64,000 bases of DNA, from NCBI GenBank assembly GCA_023485845.1, contig JAMCZE010000007.1, positions 11,391 through 75,390 on the forward strand. Reading direction: 5' to 3'. Each line of letters begins with the position of its first letter. Positions within the stretch are counted from its first letter, which is position 1. A program made the position numbers and the translations under genes. Positions 1-7,561 of the stretch are shown here, in pieces. Source of the DNA: Patescibacteria group bacterium (lineage in GTDB: Bacteria > Patescibacteriota > Microgenomatia > JAMCZE01). The notes under the pieces are model-generated. The model was not told where the DNA came from and searched no databases. It saw only the letters and a program-made list of their open reading frames with translations.

Positions 1-558
1 CAGAGGGATACCTTTGTCTTCTCCCAGTTCCGAATGGAAACTTTCTATCACCTGATCCAATAATCCGAGGATATCCGGATTCCCAATCTTTCTCTTGAGA
101 ATTTCCTTTAAAACTTTGTGGTCAATATTGGCAAAAAACTTTTTAACATCACACTTCAAAACCCAACAGGGTTGGGTATAATTTTTCGAGACCTTTCGCG
201 TAAATATTTCAAGGCGATCAACACCCTTATGGGTTCCCTTATTTAACCGACAAGAATAAGAATCAAAAATAAAAGTCGGGTCAAATAAATCATACAGATA
301 TTTATAAAGTAAATGGTGGACTATTCTGTCCGCCACGTCCGCTTTGTGAATATGGCGAACTTTGGGATCATAGACATAAAACTCTTCGTAGCCGCCATGC
401 TGATAAGTTTTGTTTTGCAAGCTTTCCTGTAAAACAAAGAGATTGTCTTCCAAGTGGCTCTCAAAAACTTGTAGGTTAACTCGCAGCTTCTTCCCTTTCC
501 TAAACCCTTTCCAAGCTTGAAAAAGATTTGATAGTGAAGTAAGCTCCGAATAATTCAT
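1..558 (-). CDS. DGR reverse transcriptase, N-terminal part (runs off window start)
   Basis: Not in the ORF track. Manual translation MNYSELTSLSNLFQAWKGFRKGK...YDPKVRHIHKADVADRIVHH...DSYSCRLNKGTHKG...LKCDVKKFFANIDH...KGIPL matches RT motifs 1-4 of DGR RTs. Confidence 0.93.
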   Translation of the reverse strand, partial: MNYSELTSLSNLFQAWKGFRKGKKLRVNLQVFESHLEDNLFVLQESLQNKTYQHGGYEEFYVYDPKVRHIHKADVADRIVHHLLYKYLYDLFDPTFIFDSYSCRLNKGTHKGVDRLEIFTRKVSKNYTQPCWVLKCDVKKFFANIDHKVLKEILKRKIGNPDILGLLDQVIESFHSELGEDKGIPL

Positions 559-936
559 ATGGACATATTTCCTGGCCTAGACATTCCCATCCTCACTAAA
601 ATTTATAGTTTTTACAGACTTTTATACCAATACCTTCGCTTTTTTCCGAAAAAAGATCGTTACACTTTGGGGCAAAAAATTGACAATCTAACTCTAGAAA
701 TTCTCGAGCTGGCGATTACCGCCGGGACCCAAGACCGAGATCAAAAACTCCCCTATTTAGAAAAGGCCGTTATTTCTGTTGATCTTCTTAAAATTCTTAT
801 CCGCTTAGCAAAAGACACCGGCGCTCTCGACGAAAAAAGATATTTAGAACTTCAAGGTCACCTCCAAGAAATGGGCAGGATGTTTGGGGGGTGGAAAAAA
901 CAAGCTACTATCTCAGAGCGACCGCCTATATTCTGA
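559..936 (+). CDS. avd: Avd-like accessory variability determinant (four-helix bundle)
   Basis: 125 aa with FPKKDRYTLG and EMGRMFGGW motifs; lies between TR and RT. Confidence 0.88.
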   Translation: MDIFPGLDIPILTKIYSFYRLLYQYLRFFPKKDRYTLGQKIDNLTLEILELAITAGTQDRDQKLPYLEKAVISVDLLKILIRLAKDTGALDEKRYLELQGHLQEMGRMFGGWKKQATISERPPIF

Positions 937-1010
937 TTGACATCCTCGGGCTTCAAATTCGAATTGACGTTCAAGTTACCATTCGAGTTGAAGTTGGCGT
1001 TGACAATTTG
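912..1010 (-). repeat. DGR template repeat (TR)
   Basis: 99 nt, AAY-rich (reads QIVNANFNSNGNLNVNSNLKPEDVNQNIGGRSE); aligns ungapped to 1226-1324. Confidence 0.95.
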
Positions 1011-1213
1011 CCTTGTTTTGTCTTTAACACTATGATTCTCCAATTTTGTTGGATTGTCACTGAATTTTATTCGGGAGAAGCTCTAAAGCACCTCCACTAA
1101 AACTAAGGCAAGGAGTGTCTTGTTTTTCCAGTATACTTTCAATTTCGGTGTCCGAACTGCCAAATGACAGAAGGAATCATTGACCGAAAGAATAAAGGGA
1201 CAAAAACAAAAGT

Positions 1214-1921
1214 CTATCTCACTCCCTCAGAGCGACCGCCTATATCCTGAAGGACATCCCCGGGCTCCAAATACGAATGGACGTGCAAGCCACCATCCGA
1301 GCCGAAGCAGGCGTAGACAACCTGACCAACATGGCGAGACCCGAGATAACGAGACCAGGTAGGTCCCTCATCGAGATAATGATCTGTCAAGAGTTTACTT
1401 GCCTCGGATGCCAAAACACCAACTTTAAGTCTTGCCCCAACTCTTCCCTCATTGGCAAATCTCTCTTGCAATTGTCTTTCAGTAGTATTTCTGTAAGGAG
1501 CTTCTAACACTATCTCTATGTCGGTCCAACCAGCGGTTTCTCTTTCATCTTTTATAGTGCTGCCTTTAGCTACTGCCCAGCTACTCAAATGGGGGAACTT
1601 TTGCCCTAACTCTGGATAAGTAAAATTAGGTATATAGACTGGTCCTCGTTCCTTTTTAGCAAGACCTCTGAGCTCTGTCAAGCTGTAGGGACATTGAACA
1701 ATATCAGTAGCTGTCAAAAGAGATTGCCAGAAGTCGGTAACTACGTTAGGATTATAAGGCTCACTTTTAAGTGCTTTGACTACATTTTCATGCCGTCTTT
1801 CTGCAAGTGCCTGGGCAGACAATCTTACCGTTCCAAGGTGTGCCTCCATGAGAGTTCTTTCTTGGGCACTCAAATTGGAACGAGACAGTATCTTTTCTCC
1901 TTCTTTTACCCAGTCAATCAT
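1214..1921 (-). CDS. DGR target protein (C-terminal VR, possibly C-type-lectin-like fold)
   Basis: VR encodes the C-terminal 33 residues ending IGGRSE, resembling the G-x-R ending of CLec-fold targets. Confidence 0.85.
   Translation of the reverse strand: MIDWVKEGEKILSRSNLSAQERTLMEAHLGTVRLSAQALAERRHENVVKALKSEPYNPNVVTDFWQSLLTATDIVQCPYSLTELRGLAKKERGPVYIPNFTYPELGQKFPHLSSWAVAKGSTIKDERETAGWTDIEIVLEAPYRNTTERQLQERFANEGRVGARLKVGVLASEASKLLTDHYLDEGPTWSRYLGSRHVGQVVYACFGSDGGLHVHSYLEPGDVLQDIGGRSEGVR
1226..1324 (-). repeat. DGR variable repeat (VR)
   Basis: 81/99 identical to TR; all 18 differences are at TR adenines on the minus strand; lies at the 3' end of the target ORF. Confidence 0.95.
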
Positions 1922-1937
1922 AATAGTACTTATATTA

Positions 1938-2231
1938 CTATCCTATGAGATATTTGTCAAGATCAACGTGAGTTTCGTCCAAAAATTTTATTCCTTCATC
2001 ATTCAGCTTTAGATATTGTTCTCTGACTCCCCCGAAAGCGAAGTTCGGGGCCAATCGGCCGTGGCGATCCACCACCCGGTGGCAGGGAGTCTTGGGGTCT
2101 CGATTAGCATGCAGGGCAAAGCCCACCACCCGCGGCGTCGTCCCAACAATTTTAGCCACTCGGCCATAGGTGGAAACTTTCCCCGCCGGAATCTCTCTGG
2201 TTATTTCGTAGATTCGCGAAAAACAATTCAT
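1938..2231 (-). CDS. MGMT-family alkylated-DNA binding/repair protein
   Basis: IPAGKVSTYG and PCHRVV motifs. Confidence 0.9.
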   Translation of the reverse strand: MNCFSRIYEITREIPAGKVSTYGRVAKIVGTTPRVVGFALHANRDPKTPCHRVVDRHGRLAPNFAFGGVREQYLKLNDEGIKFLDETHVDLDKYLIG

Positions 2232-2243
2232 TGGGTTACTGAT

Positions 2244-2510
2244 TTATTGTTTTATTGCTTTTATTTGTGTGACTTTCCACATAAATAATCTTGCTTTGCT
2301 CCGGGCGTTGGCGTCAAGGACAAAAGACAGGGCCTGATCTAAAATTTTTCTGTCAATTTCTTTGGCCATCTTAATATAGAGGGGCTTGTGAACCATGTCC
2401 CCCAACCGCTCTGCGAGATAAATCCCATACTTTTGGAATTCACGAGACAAAAACTTGTCCTGGTCGTCTAAATTAATGCGGGAAAGAACGGTCTTTAGCG
2501 ATTGCATCAA
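2244..2510 (-). CDS. Hypothetical protein
   Basis: 88-aa ORF co-oriented and overlapping the pth end. Confidence 0.6.
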   Translation of the reverse strand: MMQSLKTVLSRINLDDQDKFLSREFQKYGIYLAERLGDMVHKPLYIKMAKEIDRKILDQALSFVLDANARSKARLFMWKVTQIKAIKQ

Positions 2511-2964
2511 ACACTCCTTTCAAAGTTTCTAACTCTTCACTGGTAAAATCCTCTAAAACAAACTGCTTTCCGGCTTTCCGGCTTTCGGGCTGACGACTGT
2601 CAACCCCGATTCTTATGCGCCAAAAATCCTTGGTACCCAACTCGTCCTCCACCGAGGCCACACCGTTGTGCACTTTTGGCCCCACCCCGAACTGAATTTT
2701 ATACTGCCCCAGAGGAAGATCCAGGTCATCATGGGCAATATAGAGATCATTTATTGCCCATTGCCCATTGCCCATTGCCCATTTCACGAAGGTCCCCGAG
2801 TCATTCATAAAAACATCTGTCTTAATAATTTTAAACTTTTGATTTAAATTTTGACTTTTGAGTTTTGACTTTTGAGTTGCGTCCACAAACATGTGCCCGA
2901 CATTGTGTCGGTTCCTGCTATATTTTGCACCGGGATTTCCTAAACCAATAATTAGTTTTGCCAT
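2473..2964 (-). CDS. pth: Peptidyl-tRNA hydrolase
   Basis: GLGNPG, RHNVG, FMNDSG, HDDLD and HNG motifs. Confidence 0.96.
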   Translation of the reverse strand: MAKLIIGLGNPGAKYSRNRHNVGHMFVDATQKSKLKSQNLNQKFKIIKTDVFMNDSGTFVKWAMGNGQWAINDLYIAHDDLDLPLGQYKIQFGVGPKVHNGVASVEDELGTKDFWRIRIGVDSRQPESRKAGKQFVLEDFTSEELETLKGVFDAIAKDRSFPH

Positions 2965-2982
2965 TGGCTCATTTTACCACTA

Positions 2983-3010
2983 AAAGACGGTCCGACGTCA
3001 TGTCGGACCG
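2983..3010 (-). terminator. Probable intrinsic terminator
   Basis: 9-bp stem CGGTCCGAC/GTCGGACCG followed by TCTTTT on the minus strand, downstream of the 3031-3372 gene. Confidence 0.55.
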
Positions 3011-3030
3011 CCGCTTAGATATAATAGGTC

Positions 3031-3372
3031 TTACTTTGCTGCGACTTTACCCAGCAATTTTTGTGCCCAGGGGCCGATCACCGGCAAAAGCACTTTCTGG
3101 CCCTGGTAGGCTTTAACTGCTAACACAATTTCCAAAATTATGCTGGCCAGCCAAATAACTGGGGTCAGGATCGCCAGAATGATGGTCACACCCATCAAAA
3201 ACATTACGATCCAGATACCAACCATCAGCACTAGACCTTGGGCCGCATTGAACCGAACATCAGCGTTCTTCTCAATGATTAAGAAAATGATCGCTGCAAT
3301 CCAGCCAATAAACGGCACATAGCACAAAGCGGATTCAACTTTCGGATCCAAATTTGATTTCATTATTCTCAC
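3031..3372 (-). CDS. DUF4870-like membrane protein
   Basis: ALCY..., VRFNAAQGL, KAYQG...LPVIG pattern; hydrophobic helices. Confidence 0.75.
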   Translation of the reverse strand: MRIMKSNLDPKVESALCYVPFIGWIAAIIFLIIEKNADVRFNAAQGLVLMVGIWIVMFLMGVTIILAILTPVIWLASIILEIVLAVKAYQGQKVLLPVIGPWAQKLLGKVAAK

Positions 3373-3495
3373 CTCATTTCTTCCTCTTATTATTTTTATC
3401 AGTTCTTAAATAAAAAAGATAGAGCAACACAAAAACCGCCAATATCAACGCGAACGTTGTGTTACTGGCCAAAAAGTTCGTTAATGCGTTTGTCG

Positions 3496-3738
3496 TCATA
3501 ATTCACCACCTTCAGCCTGCAAAACTGATTCCGATAAAATGAGACAAACTAGCCCGGAGATTATCGACCGGGCCGTCACGGTCAACGTCTCTAAAATTGC
3601 CTGATTACTAAAGATAATCGGTGGCACAGCCGCCGTTAGAAAAAATCCTGCTGCTAGGTCAACCAGCAACCCCGAAACAATACTTGGTCGAATAAACACC
3701 ATAACCAGTGTTTCATTTAAGAAGCTTGTTGTCAACAC
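3496..3738 (-). CDS. Small membrane protein
   Basis: Two hydrophobic segments; start uncertain. Confidence 0.45.
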   Translation of the reverse strand: MLTTSFLNETLVMVFIRPSIVSGLLVDLAAGFFLTAAVPPIIFSNQAILETLTVTARSIISGLVCLILSESVLQAEGGEL

Positions 3739-4103
3739 AGTTGATCAATTGACAAGGGGCCAGAAGAGTTATATAAACAAGTCGTATGAAAATTGGTAAT
3801 CGGGAATTCGGGCGGGTTGCTGTTAGGGAAATCTCTTGTTGACTGCTTCGAAAAACTAAGCCGATTTGAGACAGATAGTTCTTACTCCACAAGATAACGA
3901 CGTCACTGTCTTGGCAAATGAGCAACTTGTTGCTCTTCATCAAAAAGATTTTGAGGAAGCCGGTCTCACCTTTTTCCCTAATTGGCGCCAGAGTCCAGAA
4001 TACCGCCAACTGTTGCGCGAAGGCTTACGCCAAAAATTATTGACAGAGAAGACCGAATTGATATTCGCCCTAAAAATCCCCTCTTCAGAACCGCCATCCG
4101 CCC

Positions 4104-5825
4104 CTAACTTTTTTGCAGCTTAACCATCTCTAAAATTTCCTTCAAGCTAGTCGTGTCTTCTGGATTCTTCTCCCGCCAGCGTTCGAGGCGAGGAAAACGC
4201 AAAGCATAGCCGGCCGTGTGCATCGGTGATTTAGTCAGCTCATCGGCTCGAAACTCCCCCACGATTTGTGGCTCAAGCCACTCATCACAAACCATTAGTT
4301 TATTGACGTCATAATTATTTGGTTTACTTTTGACTTTTAATTTTTGACTTTTAATTTTCAGGTCCCGCCACTCTTTGTCGGTTAACCCCGTTCCTACCTT
4401 ACTAATTGTTTTATATGAGTCAGTTTTTTTGTCATAAACGCCAATTAAAAACGATCCGACGCCAAATTTATTTCTTTTCCCCTGGCCAAAGTCATAGCCC
4501 ATGACCACGGCGTCAATCGTGTCATTTAATTTCTTGGTGTAACTGCCTTTTAGTTTAATCCAGTTCCAGCCCCGGGCCCCGGCTTGGTAAACGCCGTCCA
4601 GTTTCTTCACCATAATTCCTTCTAAATTTTTATTCAGCGCCTGCTGAAAAAGGGCTTCCAGGCGCTCGGCCAACTGCACAACCTCCATTTCGGCGGGAAT
4701 GATAATGGTGTCATGCTGAAATCTTTTCAGCATCTCCTCCACAATTTTTCGGCGGAACCCGTATGGCTTGTTTATTAAACTTTCGCCGTTTAAATAAAGA
4801 CAATCAAACACCACCAGCCGCAGCGGCACGTTGCCGGCAAAAGCCGCCACGTCATATTTCCGTTTGCGCTGGACAGTTTCCTGGAAAGGCAAGTATTTGC
4901 CGGTTTTGGGATCAAAACCAATGGCTTCCCCATCTAAAATCACCTCGTTGGCGGCAATCTCTTTTTTGGCTGCCGCCACTAAGTCAGGGTACATTGCCGT
5001 CACATCCTCGAGCCCGCGACTGAATAACCTAACAAAATCCAAGTTTTTAATAAAGTGCAACTGAGTTCGCAGGCCATCGAGTTTTGGTTCCACCGCGCAT
5101 TTTCCCCCCATTTTTTCCAGAATCTCGGCGGTGGAGGCCAGCCGTTCCGCCCGCATCACTAAAATCGGCGTGCCGACTTTCGGCTCGATTTTAATATTGG
5201 CCCCCCGCTGTTTAACTTCTTGGGCAATCACTCCCAGATCGGGGCGCACATCATAGGCCGCTTCAATATTGTCCTTGTGCTTTTTTGTCCCGTCGATCAT
5301 CCAAGACAACCCTTCCAGCATCGTCATGTCAGAAAAGCCCAGCCGAAGTTTGTCCACCGGAATCCGGGCAATATACCGCGCTGATAGCCCATCACTTCCG
5401 GCCAACAGGTCGGCCAGCAGCCCGATCTTTTTCTCCACCGATCCCTCGCCGCTGGAATCAGCAATCACTGTTAATTTCTCAAAAACTTCGCCAACCTGGA
5501 GGGTTGCACCCTGTTTCAGGGTGCAACCCTTTCGGAGCTCTTGTGCCGTCTCCCCCAGGTCTCCGCTCTTTTTAAACATTTGTGTCACCTTTTCACCGGA
5601 GACGCCATAGGCCTTGGCCAGGGCTCGAATCACCATTCTGTCGGCCATTCCAAACTCGATTGGTTCAAACAGCGGCGCCACCCGGCCCTGAAGAAGATAG
5701 GCAATTTTGTCAATTTCATCCGTCCCTGCCTCGGCAAACAACTGCGCCAAAATCTCGACCATGTTATTTCTCGACGCCGTCGACTCCAATTTGGAAAAAT
5801 ATTCAGCTAGTTTAGAAAAAGTCAT
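4104..5825 (-). CDS. lig: ATP-dependent DNA ligase (archaeal/eukaryote-like architecture with DNA-binding domain)
   Basis: EPKLDG (motif I), ILDGE, EGIMVK, WIKLK and LRFPR motifs. Confidence 0.95.
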   Translation of the reverse strand: MTFSKLAEYFSKLESTASRNNMVEILAQLFAEAGTDEIDKIAYLLQGRVAPLFEPIEFGMADRMVIRALAKAYGVSGEKVTQMFKKSGDLGETAQELRKGCTLKQGATLQVGEVFEKLTVIADSSGEGSVEKKIGLLADLLAGSDGLSARYIARIPVDKLRLGFSDMTMLEGLSWMIDGTKKHKDNIEAAYDVRPDLGVIAQEVKQRGANIKIEPKVGTPILVMRAERLASTAEILEKMGGKCAVEPKLDGLRTQLHFIKNLDFVRLFSRGLEDVTAMYPDLVAAAKKEIAANEVILDGEAIGFDPKTGKYLPFQETVQRKRKYDVAAFAGNVPLRLVVFDCLYLNGESLINKPYGFRRKIVEEMLKRFQHDTIIIPAEMEVVQLAERLEALFQQALNKNLEGIMVKKLDGVYQAGARGWNWIKLKGSYTKKLNDTIDAVVMGYDFGQGKRNKFGVGSFLIGVYDKKTDSYKTISKVGTGLTDKEWRDLKIKSQKLKVKSKPNNYDVNKLMVCDEWLEPQIVGEFRADELTKSPMHTAGYALRFPRLERWREKNPEDTTSLKEILEMVKLQKS

Positions 5826-5827
5826 GG

Positions 5828-6874
5828 CTACTTCATCATATACCTCGCCGCTTTGGTTTTGCCCTTTTTCTTAATTATTTTCTTCTCCATCAGATCTTTT
5901 AAGTCGCGAAGAACCGTGTCTTCGGAGACCATCGGTAGGACGTCTTTAAACTCTTGGTTGGAAAGGTAGCCAATTTTTTCAATGTGTTCCACAATTTTCA
6001 CCTGGCGTTGGTTAAGAAAAATTTGTTTGCCCGCCTGGGCTTTCAGTTTTAAATCTAGGGACAGATGTTGGACCTGCTCCCGGACCCGATTAAACTCAAT
6101 TGCTACTCCTTCGACAAAATATTCTAACCATTGGGTGACATCATGATCCGGGTTTTGGTCGGCGGTTTTAATCGCATAATAGTAGGCCCCGACGTTCTTG
6201 TCATAGTATTCTTCTAAGGAAAAGAGTTTTCGAATGTCATAACCCTCGTTTAGAAGAATTAAGGTCGCCATCGCCCGGGAAACCCGGCCATTGCCCTCGG
6301 TGAACGGGTGGATGTTGACAATCGCGTAGTGGGTCACGCCGGCCTTAATAATCGGGTGCAGATCCCGGGTGGAGGGATCATTAATCCAGTCAAAAAAGTC
6401 CTCCATTTGGTAGGACACTTCCACGGCCGGGGGCGGCCGATGGACGATTTCGCCCGTTAAAACATCGCGCAGCACCACCTGCACTTTGCGCCACTTCCCC
6501 ACTTCCTCTTCGGGAATGATCCCCGCCACTGTTAATTTATGAAGCTCTCTTAGGGTGTCCTGATTATAAATATTCTTCTCACCCGACAGCTTCTCTAAAT
6601 AATCCAACACCTTGCGATAATTAACTACTTCTTTAACGTCCCGATCGCGGGCCACAATCTCTTTTCCCTCCATCACTTTCTTCACCTCTTCCAAGTTAAG
6701 TTCGTTGCCCTCGACATGAGTGCCGTAGTGCACCGCCCGCAGTTGGGCATCTTCGACAAACTTTGCTTCCCAGGCCGGTAGGAGCGCCGCCCCCTCAATC
6801 ACTGCTTTGGCCCCTTCCACCAACCCGATATCCTTTAATAACTTTGAGGTGATAGTAAATTTTGGCTGATACAT
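5828..6874 (-). CDS. Fic-family protein with C-terminal winged helix
   Basis: HPFTEGNGRVSR motif; C-terminal VSEDTVLRDLKDL. Confidence 0.92.
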   Translation of the reverse strand: MYQPKFTITSKLLKDIGLVEGAKAVIEGAALLPAWEAKFVEDAQLRAVHYGTHVEGNELNLEEVKKVMEGKEIVARDRDVKEVVNYRKVLDYLEKLSGEKNIYNQDTLRELHKLTVAGIIPEEEVGKWRKVQVVLRDVLTGEIVHRPPPAVEVSYQMEDFFDWINDPSTRDLHPIIKAGVTHYAIVNIHPFTEGNGRVSRAMATLILLNEGYDIRKLFSLEEYYDKNVGAYYYAIKTADQNPDHDVTQWLEYFVEGVAIEFNRVREQVQHLSLDLKLKAQAGKQIFLNQRQVKIVEHIEKIGYLSNQEFKDVLPMVSEDTVLRDLKDLMEKKIIKKKGKTKAARYMMK

Positions 6875-6991
6875 GCTACAATAATTATGCCCTAACGCCC
6901 GTGCGGCGGACGGGCTATCTTTTTGTCATGCTGAACTTGTTTCAGCATCTTGTTGTGAATATTTTACCGCTATTTTCCCGCAAAAGGAAGA

Positions 6992-7507
6992 TTACGATTT
7001 GAGGTTATTAATTATCTGTTCAGAAATTTCTTCGATCCTCTTCTTGGCACTATCGATCCGAAGACTATCGGGGTACGAATTAGCCGCTATCGTATTGATA
7101 AGTTTTTCTATTTCGCCTCTTCGATCAATGTTAATATCACCCCTCACTTCCTCCCTGCGAAGTGCCTCATTCAAGTCAACCGTTAATTCTACGACCAGAA
7201 CTTTTTGCGCCTCCTGCTCACCTATCTGCACCAACTTCGTAATAAATTCGTGCTCTGGGAACATCTCCTCAATAATCACATTATAACCTTGGTGCAACAA
7301 TAATTTAGCTAGGTTTCTAGCCATTTCGTGGCCCAGTGGTCTGACTTCAATCCAATCACTTACTGAATAAGCCTGGGGTAACAAGCAAGCAATCAGGCTA
7401 TCAACTCTAATTCTGGCTACCTTCGCGACTCTCTCAGATATCAAGTTAGAGATAGACGTTTTACCAGAAGATGGCCCGCCACGAAGAATGAGAAGGAACT
7501 GCTTCAT
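6992..7507 (-). CDS. P-loop kinase (AAA_33-like)
   Basis: N-terminal GGPSSGKT; nucleotide-kinase-like length. Confidence 0.8.
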   Translation of the reverse strand: MKQFLLILRGGPSSGKTSISNLISERVAKVARIRVDSLIACLLPQAYSVSDWIEVRPLGHEMARNLAKLLLHQGYNVIIEEMFPEHEFITKLVQIGEQEAQKVLVVELTVDLNEALRREEVRGDINIDRRGEIEKLINTIAANSYPDSLRIDSAKKRIEEISEQIINNLKS

Positions 7508-7561
7508 GTCATCATTCTACCTAATTTTCCCCGCAACCGCTACGACGTATAATCAAGCAGT

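Larger units (their letters stand above)
1..1921 (-). mobile_element. Diversity-generating retroelement (target gene with VR, TR, avd, RT); left part outside window
   Basis: RT, Avd-like ORF and a TR/VR repeat pair with adenine-specific mismatches within 1.9 kb. Confidence 0.95.

Noticed and set aside
858-1043. 61-aa Asn-rich ORF
   Set aside because: It is the translation of the DGR template repeat, whose AAY codons keep the frame open; there is no evidence it is a protein.
3786-4123. Plus-strand ORF fragments downstream of a TTGACA
   Set aside because: Several short frames with no recognisable family; possibly a decayed gene but not supportable.
6961-7536. Similar 23-mers flanking the kinase gene (17/23)
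   Set aside because: Largely explained by shared promoter -10 context; too weak to call a duplication.
7529-7537. Another CCCCGCAAC matching the proposed att core
   Set aside because: It lies on the wrong side of the tRNA with core genes in between. It shows a 9-mer can occur by chance, so the 27220 boundary relies on context.
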